Positions 52,140 through 60,878 of a stretch of 64,000 nt of DNA are shown one piece after another (the stretch's first letter is position 1; each line of letters begins with the position of its first letter). The position numbers were made by a program, and so were the translations under genes. Under the pieces are notes generated by a model, which searched no databases, was not told the origin of the DNA, and was given only the letters and a program-made list of their open reading frames with translations. The stretch is from an uncultured Gemmatimonadales bacterium (lineage in GTDB: Bacteria; Gemmatimonadota; Gemmatimonadetes; Gemmatimonadales; GWC2-71-9): contig CAVUAK010000001.1 in assembly GCA_963739455.1 (NCBI GenBank), positions 2,336,001-2,400,000 on the forward strand. Direction: 5' to 3'.

Positions 52140-52211
52140 AACAGCGTGAGGAGGAACTGAAACAGCGTGAGGAACCAACCGCGTGAGGGGTGAGGGGTGA
52201 GGAGTGAGGAG
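52127..52211 (+). repeat. 21-bp direct repeat (GAGGAGGAACTGAAACAGCGT x2), then AACCGC + GTGAGGR heptamers
   Basis: gaggaggaactgaaacagcgtgaggaggaactgaaacagcgtgaggaaccaaccgcgtgaggggtgaggggtgaggagtgaggag. Confidence 0.85.
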
Positions 52212-53124
52212 AACCGACTCACTCCGGTGATTGTGGGGCCCACTGCGGTGGGGAAAACGGCTGTTGCCGTCGCACTCGCATCGTTGCTGCCGGTCGAGGT
52301 CATCTCAGCCGACTCTCGGCAGGTGTACCGGAACCTCGACATCGGGACGGCGAAACCGACGAAGAAGGAACGCGCAGGGGTACCACACCATGGGCTGGAC
52401 CTGATCCTGCCCGGGCGAGCGGTACAGTGCGGGGCGGTTTGCGCGGGCGGCGGCGGACTGGATCGACGATGTGCGATCGCGGGGGAAGCTGCCGATCGTG
52501 GTGGGCGGCACGGGGCTCTATGTGCGGGCGCTCGCGGAGGGACTGTTCGAGCAGCCGGCGATGGATGTGGAGCGGCGGCGCGGGATCGAAGCGTGGGCGT
52601 CGGGGCTGGATCCGCTGGAGCTGGTGCGCTGGGCGGGGCGACTGGACGCCGGGTTTGCGGGCGGTGGCCGGCAGCGCGCGGTGCGGGCGATCGAGGTGGC
52701 GCTGCTGACGGGGCAGTCGCTCTCGACGTGGCAGCGCGAGGCGAAGAGTGCCGGGGCCATCGTGCCGTGGTACGTGCGACTGACGGTGCCGCGCGCGGTG
52801 CTGCACACGCGGATCAGGCACCGGGCGACGCAGATGATCCAGGCGGGTATGATCGAGGAAGTGGCGGCGGTGCTGGCGGACGGCGCCGTGGCGGGATCGC
52901 CGGGACTGGACGGGGTGGGACTTCGGGAAGCGGTGGCGTACCTGACGTGCGGCGGGGACCGGACGGCGGTGGCGGAGGCGATCACGATCAGCACGCGGCA
53001 GTATGCGAAGCGGCAGGAGACGTGGTTTCGGCATCAGCTGCCCGCCGAGGCGGTGACGATTGATGCGACGCGGCCGGCGGCGGTTGTCGCCGCGGAGATC
53101 AGGGAGCTTTGGGAAAAGCGTTAG
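52197..53124 (+). CDS. miaA: tRNA dimethylallyltransferase (frameshift ~52415)
   Basis: [45 protein letters not shown]. Confidence 0.95.
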
Positions 53125-53130
53125 GTGGGG

Positions 53131-53188
53131 AACCGCGACTGACGTGAGGAGGAACGGCAACAGTGGTAACAGGGAACAGGGAACAGGA
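53131..53188 (+). repeat. AACCGC/AACGGC leaders + GGGAACA array ending in the bshA RBS
   Basis: aaccgcgactgacgtgaggaggaacggcaacagtggtaacagggaacagggaacagga. Confidence 0.7.
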
Positions 53189-53194
53189 GTTCGG

Positions 53195-54322
53195 ATGAAG
53201 ATCGGGATTACTTGTTATCCAACGTATGGCGGATCTGGTGCGCTTGCCACAGAGCTCGGTCTCGAGCTCGCTCGGCGGGGGCACGAGGTGCACTTCATCA
53301 CCTATGCCTCACCGTTCCGGCTCCGGGGTTACGCCGAGCGGGTCTACTTCCATGAAGTAGAAACGACGATGGGGCGGTATCCGCTGTTCGAGCACTATCC
53401 GTACACGCTGGCACTGGCGTCGAAGCAGCATGAGGTGGCGCTGCGGGAGAAGCTGGACCTGCTGCACGTACACTATGCCATTCCACATGCGACGACGGCG
53501 TGGCTGGCGCGGGCGATGCTGCAGGGCGAGGGGCAGAAGCTCAAGGTGATCACGACGCTGCATGGCACCGACATCACGCTCGTGGGGCAGGAGGCGAGCT
53601 TCTACGCCATCACCAAGTTCTCCATCGAGCAGTCGGACATGGTCACGGCGGTGTCGGCGTACCTGCGGGACGAGACGTATCGCGCGTTCGGGTGCGTGAG
53701 CTGTGACGTGAAGGTCATCCCCAATTTCGTGAACCTCGCGGAGTATCACCCGGACCCGGCGCGACACTGGGAGGGGCTGGCACCGGCGGAGCACCGGCGG
53801 ATCATGCATGTCTCCAACTTCCGCGAAGTGAAGCGGGTGAAGGATGTCATCCGGGTCTTTGCGCGGATCCGGCGGGCGATGCCGGCGACGCTGGCGATGG
53901 TGGGCGATGGTCCGGAGCGGCCAGACGCGGAGTCGGAGGCGAAGGAGCTGGGGGTGGCGGAGGACGTGAAGTTCACCGGGCGGCTCGACTCGGTGGCGAC
54001 GCTGCTGCAGGGATGCGAGCTCTTCCTGCTGCCGTCCACTACCGAGAGCTTCGGGCTCGCGGCGCTGGAAGCGATGGCGTGCGGTGCCGTGGTGGTGGCG
54101 ACGCGTGTGGGCGGCCTGCCCGAGGTCATCGATGACGGAGTGAACGGCATCCTCGAGCCGGTGGGCTCGGTGGAAGCGATGGGTCGCCGATCGGTGGACC
54201 TGCTGCGTGAACCGGGAAGCCTCGCGGTGATGCGTGCTGCCGCGATTGCGCGGGCGCGGGAGTTCTCGGCGGACCGGATCGTGCCGATGTACGAGGCGCT
54301 CTACGCCGAAGTGGTCAAGTGA
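53195..54322 (+). CDS. bshA: N-acetyl-alpha-D-glucosaminyl L-malate synthase (GT4)
   Basis: MKIGITCYPTYGGSG, LHVHYAIPHA, TTLHGTDITLVG, HVSNFREVKR, ESFGLAALEAM. Confidence 0.92.
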   Translation: MKIGITCYPTYGGSGALATELGLELARRGHEVHFITYASPFRLRGYAERVYFHEVETTMGRYPLFEHYPYTLALASKQHEVALREKLDLLHVHYAIPHATTAWLARAMLQGEGQKLKVITTLHGTDITLVGQEASFYAITKFSIEQSDMVTAVSAYLRDETYRAFGCVSCDVKVIPNFVNLAEYHPDPARHWEGLAPAEHRRIMHVSNFREVKRVKDVIRVFARIRRAMPATLAMVGDGPERPDAESEAKELGVAEDVKFTGRLDSVATLLQGCELFLLPSTTESFGLAALEAMACGAVVVATRVGGLPEVIDDGVNGILEPVGSVEAMGRRSVDLLREPGSLAVMRAAAIARAREFSADRIVPMYEALYAEVVK

Positions 54323-55137
54323 CGGGACTGGCCGGGGTCAGTGACATCGTCGCGGCGGGGATCCTGGGGCTGGTGGAGGGCGTCACCGAGTTCATCCCGG
54401 TGTCGTCCACCGGTCACCTGATCCTGGCAGGAGAGTGGCTGGGGCGCACGGGCGAGACGTGGAAGACGTTCGAGGTGGTGATCCAGCTCGGCGCCATCCT
54501 CGCCGTGGTGTGGATGTACCGCGAACTGTTCCTGAGCGTGGCGCGCGGACTCGGGCGGACGGCGGCGAGCCGCAAGTTCGTGCTCAACCTGCTTGCCGGA
54601 TTCCTGCCGGCTGCGGTAGTGGGCCTGGCGGCGCGGGACTTCATCAAGGCACACCTGTTCACCGGCAGCAGCGTGGCGTGGGGGTTGATACTCGGCGCGA
54701 TCTACATCCTGGTCATCGAGCGGGTGCATCCGCCGACGACGGTAGAGAGCGCCGAGGCGATTCCGCTGCGGACGGCGTTCGGGGTGGGCCTGTTCCAGAT
54801 ACTGGCACTCTTTCCCGGCTTTTCGCGGAGCGGTGCGACGATCATGGGCGCGTACCTGCTCGGCTGCTCGCGGAAGGCGGCGGCGGAGTTCTCGTTCTTC
54901 CTCGCGGTGCCGGTCATGTTCGCGGCGACGGGGCTCGACCTCTACAAGAGCCGTCACCTGCTGACGACGGCGGACCTGCCGATCTTCACCGTCGGCATGG
55001 TGGTGGCCTTCATCAGTGCGCTGCTGGTGCTCAGGGCATTCATCAAGTTTGTCTCCCACCGCAGTTTCGTGCCGTTCGCGCGGTACCGGCTGGCACTGGG
55101 CGCGGTCATCCTGTTCCTCGCGTCGCGCGCGGCGTGA
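54319..55137 (+). CDS. uppP: Undecaprenyl-diphosphatase
   Basis: GLVEGVTEFIPVSSTGHL, IQLGAILA, PGFSRSGATI, AAEFSFFLA. Confidence 0.95.
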   Translation: MTGLAGVSDIVAAGILGLVEGVTEFIPVSSTGHLILAGEWLGRTGETWKTFEVVIQLGAILAVVWMYRELFLSVARGLGRTAASRKFVLNLLAGFLPAAVVGLAARDFIKAHLFTGSSVAWGLILGAIYILVIERVHPPTTVESAEAIPLRTAFGVGLFQILALFPGFSRSGATIMGAYLLGCSRKAAAEFSFFLAVPVMFAATGLDLYKSRHLLTTADLPIFTVGMVVAFISALLVLRAFIKFVSHRSFVPFARYRLALGAVILFLASRAA

Positions 55138-55826
55138 CGCCGGCGCTGGTGCGGCTCCGCGACTCGGCGTCGACGCAGGATGAGCTGCATCGACTGGCTG
55201 AAGAGGGAGCACCGGCGGGCACGGCGGTGGTAGCGGAGACTCAACATGCGGGCCGAGGCAGTCGCGGGCGCGGATGGGTGTCAGCGCGGGGCGGACTGTG
55301 GCTGAGCGTGCTGTGGCGGGGGCAGCCCGATGTGGCGCAGCTGCTGAGCATTCGCGCCGGGCTCGCGGTGGCAGCACTGCTCGATTCGCTGGGCGGGTTG
55401 CCGCCGGCGCGGCTCAAGTGGCCCAACGACGTCATCGTGGATGACGCGAAGGTGGGCGGCATTCTCTGTGAGGGGCGATGGGGCGGCACGAACGGCTGGG
55501 TCGCGGTAGGGCTTGGCCTCAACGTGACCAACCCGGTGCCGTCGGATGCGAGGTTCCCGCCGGCGTCGCTGTCGCAGTGGAGGCCGGACCTGGATGCGGC
55601 GTCGCTGGCGGCACCGGTGGTGGCGGCGCTGAGCCGTCTCCCGGCAGACCCTGTGCTTTCGGCGGAAGAACTGGAAATGTGGAAGGCGCGCGACTGGCTT
55701 GCGGGGCGAAGGCTGCGCGCGCCGGTGACAGGTGTGATCGGGGGAATGAATGCCACAGGACGTCTCCTTGTTGATACCGACGCTGGCCGCCTCGAACTCG
55801 TGGCGAGCGATGGTATCGAGGTATAG
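55134..55826 (+). CDS. birA: Biotin--[acetyl-CoA-carboxylase] ligase (no HTH)
   Basis: STQD, AETQHAGRGSRGRGW, LKWPNDV..KVGGILCE. Confidence 0.92.
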   Translation: MTPALVRLRDSASTQDELHRLAEEGAPAGTAVVAETQHAGRGSRGRGWVSARGGLWLSVLWRGQPDVAQLLSIRAGLAVAALLDSLGGLPPARLKWPNDVIVDDAKVGGILCEGRWGGTNGWVAVGLGLNVTNPVPSDARFPPASLSQWRPDLDAASLAAPVVAALSRLPADPVLSAEELEMWKARDWLAGRRLRAPVTGVIGGMNATGRLLVDTDAGRLELVASDGIEV

Positions 55827-55835
55827 CTTCTCGCC

Positions 55836-56648
55836 ATGCTCCTAGTCCTCGACATCGGCAATACTGAGATCACGGTCGGCCTGTACCGGGGCGACGACCT
55901 CATGTCGCATTGGCGACTGACGACGACGCCGGATCGCACGCCGGATGAGTGGAGTGCCGACCTGGGATCGTTCCTGATGCAGCGGGGCCACTCGCCGAGC
56001 GAGGTGAAGGCGGCGTGCCTGGCCTCGGTGGTGCCGCCAGTGACACGCAGCGTGGCCGATGGGGTGGAGAGTGCGACGGGACAGCGCCCGCATTCGATCA
56101 ACGCGCGCACGCCGCTGCCGCTGACGCTGGACGTGGACGAGCCGTTCGCGGTGGGTGCCGACCGGATCGTGAATATCCTGGGCGCGCTCGACCGGTATCC
56201 GGGCGACAGCATCGTGGTGGACTTCGGCACGGCGACGACGTTCGACTGCGTCACGGCCGACCGGCGGTTCATCGGCGGGTCGATCATGCCGGGGCTTCGC
56301 ACGTCGGCGGATCAGCTGGTACGGAAGGCCGCGAAGCTGACGGCGACAGAGCTCCGGCCGCCGGCGCGAGCGATCGGGCGGACGACGGAGGAGCACATCC
56401 AGGGCGGAGTGTTGTTCGGCGCGGCGGACTCGGTGGATGGGATGGTGCGGAGACTGCGGGCGGAATGGCCGGGAACTACAGACGCGGCGGGGAAGGCGGG
56501 GAGGGCGGGGACTGAAGTCCGCGTAGTCGCGACCGGTGGATTGTCCGTCGTGGTGGCGCCGTTGTGTACGACCGTCGATGTGGTGGACAACGACCTGACG
56601 CTGCACGGCCTCAAGCTCGCCGCCCGGCACGTGGGACTTCGCTGGTGA
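55836..56648 (+). CDS. coaX: Type III pantothenate kinase
   Basis: LDIGNT, ASVVP, VGADR, VVDFGTATTFD, VATGG. Confidence 0.94.
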   Translation: MLLVLDIGNTEITVGLYRGDDLMSHWRLTTTPDRTPDEWSADLGSFLMQRGHSPSEVKAACLASVVPPVTRSVADGVESATGQRPHSINARTPLPLTLDVDEPFAVGADRIVNILGALDRYPGDSIVVDFGTATTFDCVTADRRFIGGSIMPGLRTSADQLVRKAAKLTATELRPPARAIGRTTEEHIQGGVLFGAADSVDGMVRRLRAEWPGTTDAAGKAGRAGTEVRVVATGGLSVVVAPLCTTVDVVDNDLTLHGLKLAARHVGLRW

Positions 56649-57571
56649 GCGCAGGGGATCCTTCCGCGCGGGCGCTGGGATACAAGCTGCTGGGCTCCCG
56701 TTTCGATTACATCCTGCATCTCCGTCCCGCCGAGTGGCCGATCATGGCTGGGCATACGCTGCTGGGCGCGCTGCTGGCGCTGGGGCTGGCGCGTGCGGCA
56801 TCGGGTGAACAGATGGGTGCGGTGCTGCTGGGGCTGGTGCTGTGGGTGGTGGCGCTCAACGGCGGGACGCTCGCGATCAACAGTGCGTTCGACAAGGACG
56901 AGGGAGACGTCGCGTATCTCAGGCGTCCGCCGGAGCCGCCCAGGGGACTGTTCGCATTCGGGCTGGGGCTCATGGTGGTGGGGCTTTTCGTCTCCCTGTT
57001 GCTGCCCCGGATGTACACCTGGCTCTATGTGACGTGCCTGGCGATGTCGGTGCTGTATTCGGTTCCACCGATGCGGCTCAAGGCGGTGGCGGGTGCGGAC
57101 TGGCTGATCAACCTGCTTGGGTTCGGCACGCTGACACCGCTGGCGGGGTGGGCGAGCACGGGTGAGGCGCTGACGGTGTGGGGCTGGTTCATCGTGTGGG
57201 GATTCGGGGCGCTATTTGCGGGGTTCTATCCGCTGACGCAGCTCTATCAGTTCGATGAGGATGAACGGCGCGGGGACCGGACGTTTGCGCTGCTGCTGGG
57301 AAAGCGGCGGAGCATGGCGGTGGCGATCGGGTGCGTGGTGGTGGCGTTCGGGCTGTTCGTGGCGGCGGCGAGCTCGGCGGGGTGGACGCCGGGAGATGTG
57401 TGGAGGTGGTCGGCGCTGGCGGTTGCGTTTGTGGTGTGGATGGCGCTGCTGGTGCCTTGGTACAGGGCGGCGCGGGAGTGGGAAGCGGCGCAGCACCAGC
57501 GGGGGATGTATCTCGCGCTGGGGGCGTGGGCCCTGACGGACGTTGTGATCTTGTTTGGATGGGCGAGGTGA
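56645..57571 (+). CDS. UbiA-family prenyltransferase
   Basis: Multi-TM; INSAFDKDEGD, YSVPPMRLK, QLYQFDEDERRGDRT. Confidence 0.85.
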   Translation: MSAGDPSARALGYKLLGSRFDYILHLRPAEWPIMAGHTLLGALLALGLARAASGEQMGAVLLGLVLWVVALNGGTLAINSAFDKDEGDVAYLRRPPEPPRGLFAFGLGLMVVGLFVSLLLPRMYTWLYVTCLAMSVLYSVPPMRLKAVAGADWLINLLGFGTLTPLAGWASTGEALTVWGWFIVWGFGALFAGFYPLTQLYQFDEDERRGDRTFALLLGKRRSMAVAIGCVVVAFGLFVAAASSAGWTPGDVWRWSALAVAFVVWMALLVPWYRAAREWEAAQHQRGMYLALGAWALTDVVILFGWAR

Positions 57572-58326
57572 CGAGTCCGAGAATCGCGGTGCTGGGCGCG
57601 GCGCGGAACATCGAGCCGTATGTCGAACCGGTGATGCAGAACTTCCGCGCCATTCGCTCCCGGTTTCCGGAGAGCGAATTCTTCATTGTGGAGAGCGACA
57701 GCAGCGACCGCTGCCTCAAGATGCTGCGCAACCACGCGAAGACGTTCCCGGGGCTGCATATCCACAGCCTCGGTCACCTTCGGTGGCGAGTGTGGGGTGG
57801 GCGCATGGCCCGGCTGGCGGTCGCCCGGAACCATGCGTATTCACTGGTGCGGGGGAAGCCGTTCGACTTCATCGTGTGGATGGACATGGACGACGTGGTC
57901 GAGTCGCCGCTGGACCCTGCGATCCTGGATGCTCGGCTGACGGCCCCGGAAGGCTGGGCGATGCTGACCGCGACCAAGAAGGGCCGGTACTACGACATCT
58001 GGGCGCTCCGTCACCCGACCATCTGCCAGTTCGACTGCATCAGGGAGCTCTCGAAGTTCCCTCCGGGAGACGAGGCGGCACGGGAGCGCTTCATCCTGGC
58101 CCCGGAGCGGCAGGTGCTGGCGGCGCTGGAGACGTCGCGGTTCCTGGAGGTGGAGTCGGCGTTCGGGGGGCTGGCCATCGTGCGGAACGACCTGGACCTG
58201 GGCCCGAAGCCGTTTGTCGGGCTCGACGCGGACCGGAAGCAGATCATCGAGTGGACGTCGTGGTGCGGCCGGCTCAGGGCCCTGGGCGGGCGGGTGTTCA
58301 TCGACCGGGAATTGCGGATCGGGTGA
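57568..58326 (+). CDS. GT-A glycosyltransferase, CAP59/CMT1 (GT69)-like
   Basis: IVESDSSD, RLAVARN, WMDMDD (DxD), YYDIWALR, VESAFGGLAI. Confidence 0.6.
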   Translation: MTSPRIAVLGAARNIEPYVEPVMQNFRAIRSRFPESEFFIVESDSSDRCLKMLRNHAKTFPGLHIHSLGHLRWRVWGGRMARLAVARNHAYSLVRGKPFDFIVWMDMDDVVESPLDPAILDARLTAPEGWAMLTATKKGRYYDIWALRHPTICQFDCIRELSKFPPGDEAARERFILAPERQVLAALETSRFLEVESAFGGLAIVRNDLDLGPKPFVGLDADRKQIIEWTSWCGRLRALGGRVFIDRELRIG

Positions 58327-58401
58327 GGTCCCGGGGGCGCTTGGCGGCGGGTGGCGGAGCGGGCTAAGTTCATGGAGCTAAACCCCTACCATGGAGTCGG
58401 C

Positions 58402-59028
58402 ATGAGTTCGGCTGTCGAGCTGGAGCGCGACATCGATCGGACGGATCTCCCCTGGGTGGTGCGCGGGGCGGTCAAGATCGGGCTGGTCACGGCCATCGCG
58501 GTGCTGCTGTACTCGCTCGTCTCCCGCTTCGCGAACGGCGTGGTGGAGAGCGTCCTCAAGGTGCTCATCATCGCGGCGGGGACGTACCTGGTGACGTTCC
58601 TGCCGGGGCTGTGGACCAAGGCGCGGACGATCGAGGGGATCGCGGGGGCGGCTGGGATCGGCCTCGCGGCGACGGTGGTGTTCCTGCTCATCGACGTGAC
58701 GCTGCTGCAGACGATCGGGACGTACACCAACCGGTGGCGGCAGATCGGCGGCGGGTCCAACTGGTGGTATCACCCGATATGGTGGATGGTGGGCACGTTC
58801 CTGCCGTGGATGGGCGCGTTCATGATCGCGAACCAGGCGGCGCGGGGTGCGGTGTCGGTGACCAAGGCCGCCGGGCTGGTGACGGTGGCGACGCTGGTGC
58901 TGGGCGCGCTGGCCGTGGTGCTGCATGTGCCGTACGCGGAGTGGAGCGTGCCGACGTTCGGGGTGGCGATCATTCCCGCCCTGGCCGTGGCGACCGCCAT
59001 TACAGGGCTGGGTCAGCGCCGCGCCTGA
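58402..59028 (+). CDS. Integral membrane hypothetical protein
   Basis: About six hydrophobic helices; YTNRWRQIGGGSNWWYHPIWWM loop. Confidence 0.75.
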   Translation: MSSAVELERDIDRTDLPWVVRGAVKIGLVTAIAVLLYSLVSRFANGVVESVLKVLIIAAGTYLVTFLPGLWTKARTIEGIAGAAGIGLAATVVFLLIDVTLLQTIGTYTNRWRQIGGGSNWWYHPIWWMVGTFLPWMGAFMIANQAARGAVSVTKAAGLVTVATLVLGALAVVLHVPYAEWSVPTFGVAIIPALAVATAITGLGQRRA

Positions 59029-59033
59029 GCGGC

Positions 59034-59389
59034 ATGAAGGTTCTCCGGTTCGTTGCACGTCTGTTCGGCTGGCTGCTGACGCCCATCGTGGCGTCAGCAG
59101 CTTCTTTTTTTGGTGCTGTGTGGGCGCGATGATCGCGCGATCGATCGAGGACCCGACGAAGGGGCTGATCGTGAGCGGGGTGTGCGCACTGGTGGCAGCG
59201 GTGGTGGTGACGTGGTTCTGGCTGCAGTGGCTCCGGCTCCGGCCGGAAGTGCGTCATGCGCTGGGCGTGGATGAGACGGGAGCACCGGAGGCGTTTATTC
59301 CGGAGCTGGAGGACGGGGAGGGCGGGGAGGACGGGGAAGGCGGGGAGGGCAAAGCGGGAACAGGGAACAGGGAACAGGGAACAGGATGA
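59034..59389 (+). CDS. Small two-TM hypothetical protein (frameshift at poly-T ~59105); C-terminus encoded by 9-mer and 7-mer repeats
   Basis: MKVLRFVARLFGWLLTPIVA..; tail [26 protein letters not shown]. Confidence 0.6.
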
Positions 59390-59766
59390 TCTGGGGCAAG
59401 GGCGGCTGGCTGTCGCTGGGGCTGCTGGTTGCCACAGGATGCGGCGACAAGGGCGTGGTGAAACCGGTGGGGGTTGTGGCGAGCGCCCCGGTGGCGGAAC
59501 TGGCGCTCAAGATATCCGACACCGTGGCGGTGTGGTTCACGAGGGCCAGGGCGGATACTTCCGCTGATGGCGCGGAGTGCCTGGAGCGGGTGATGGAGAT
59601 TCGTTCCGGAAGCGAAGTGGTGCCGATTCCGCTGTTGTACACGGGCGAGACTCCCACGATCACAAGTGATTCGACGATGCAGGTGCACATCTGGCGGCAC
59701 TGTGCGCCGACGGACTTGTATCGAGTCAACCTGAAAACCGGGCAGCCGACGAGGGCTGCCCCGTGA
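59386..59766 (+). CDS. Hypothetical lipoprotein
   Basis: Lipobox VATGC; ATGA/GTGA overlaps with neighbours. Confidence 0.65.
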   Translation: MIWGKGGWLSLGLLVATGCGDKGVVKPVGVVASAPVAELALKISDTVAVWFTRARADTSADGAECLERVMEIRSGSEVVPIPLLYTGETPTITSDSTMQVHIWRHCAPTDLYRVNLKTGQPTRAAP

Positions 59767-60299
59767 GGTTGTCGTTGTGGTATGTGCTGGCGCTCATTCC
59801 GGTGGTCGGCTGCAGCAGCAAGCCAGCATCTGTTGCTCCGGTGCCGGAACGGGCAACCGCGGACCAAGCCGCGGCGGAGAAGCAGAGTACGGACCTCCAG
59901 GAGGAAGGGGTGGTATCCGCGGCCCGGCTGGCGATGGGGAAACCCTACCTCTATGGCGGCACGGGGAAGGGTGACACCGGGTACGACTGCTCAGGGTTGA
60001 TCCAGTACGCCTATGCGCAGCAGGGGATCTCGCTGCCGCGCGTGAGCAGGGACCAGGCGATGCAGGGTGTCGCGGTGGAGAAGACTGTCGCTGCGTTGCA
60101 GCGCGGGGATATCCTGACGTTTGCGGGGCAGCCGGGCAGCAAGAAAGTGAGTCATGTCGGCATGTACCTGGGCCAGGGGCGGTTCGTGCATAGTTCGTCG
60201 TCCAAGGGCGTGGCGGAGAGTACGCTGAGCGGGACGGACCCGAACGGTCAGTGGTGGTACGTGCGGTGGGTGGGGGCGAGGAGAGTGATTGGGGAGTAG
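59763..60299 (+). CDS. NlpC/P60 (C40) cell-wall peptidase lipoprotein
   Basis: GKPYLYGG..DCSGL..PRVSRDQ..GD..HVGMYLG..FVH. Confidence 0.93.
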   Translation: MRLSLWYVLALIPVVGCSSKPASVAPVPERATADQAAAEKQSTDLQEEGVVSAARLAMGKPYLYGGTGKGDTGYDCSGLIQYAYAQQGISLPRVSRDQAMQGVAVEKTVAALQRGDILTFAGQPGSKKVSHVGMYLGQGRFVHSSSSKGVAESTLSGTDPNGQWWYVRWVGARRVIGE

Positions 60300-60352
60300 G
60301 CAGTTGAGTCTGCAGTCGGCAGTCGTCAGTCGTCAGTGAGTCGTCAGTCGTG
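60299..60352 (+). repeat. CAGTCGT array after the NlpC/P60 stop
   Basis: gcagttgagtctgcagtcggcagtcgtcagtcgtcagtgagtcgtcagtcgtg. Confidence 0.85.
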
Positions 60353-60365
60353 AAGGATCCCGTCG

Positions 60366-60878
60366 ATGACATTCTTTGCCATTTCTGAAGCGGTGCGGAG
60401 TGCGCTCCCCCCACAGGCGCGGGCGTTCGACTTCCTTCAGGGCGAGTGGACGATTCACCACCGGCGGCTCAAGGAGCGCCTCGTGGGGTCGACGGAGTGG
60501 GTCGAGTTCGAGACGCCGTTCGTGCTGGAGCAGATCCTGGGCGGGCTGGGCAACATTGATCAATGTCGCACGCTGCCGCCGGCGCCGTTCTACGAGGGTG
60601 TGTCGCTGCGCTTCTTCGACCGCACCGCCGAGAAGTGGAAGATCTACTGGGTGGACTCGAACACCGGCCAGCTCTGTCCGCCGGTGGAAGGCGTCTTCGA
60701 CGGTGATCGCGCCACGTTTCTCGGTGACGACTCGCATGCCGGTATTCCGGTGCGCGCGCGCTTCCTGTGGGACAAGAGCGATCCCGACGCCCCGACGTGG
60801 CAGCAGGCGTTCTCGGTAGATGGTGGTGAGACGTGGGAGACGAACTGGCACATGGCGTTCCGCCGAGCAGCGCCTTGA
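60366..60878 (+). CDS. DUF1579-like beta-barrel protein
   Basis: FDFLQGEWTIHHRRLKERL..WQQAFSVDGGETWETNWHMAF. Confidence 0.75.
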   Translation: MTFFAISEAVRSALPPQARAFDFLQGEWTIHHRRLKERLVGSTEWVEFETPFVLEQILGGLGNIDQCRTLPPAPFYEGVSLRFFDRTAEKWKIYWVDSNTGQLCPPVEGVFDGDRATFLGDDSHAGIPVRARFLWDKSDPDAPTWQQAFSVDGGETWETNWHMAFRRAAP

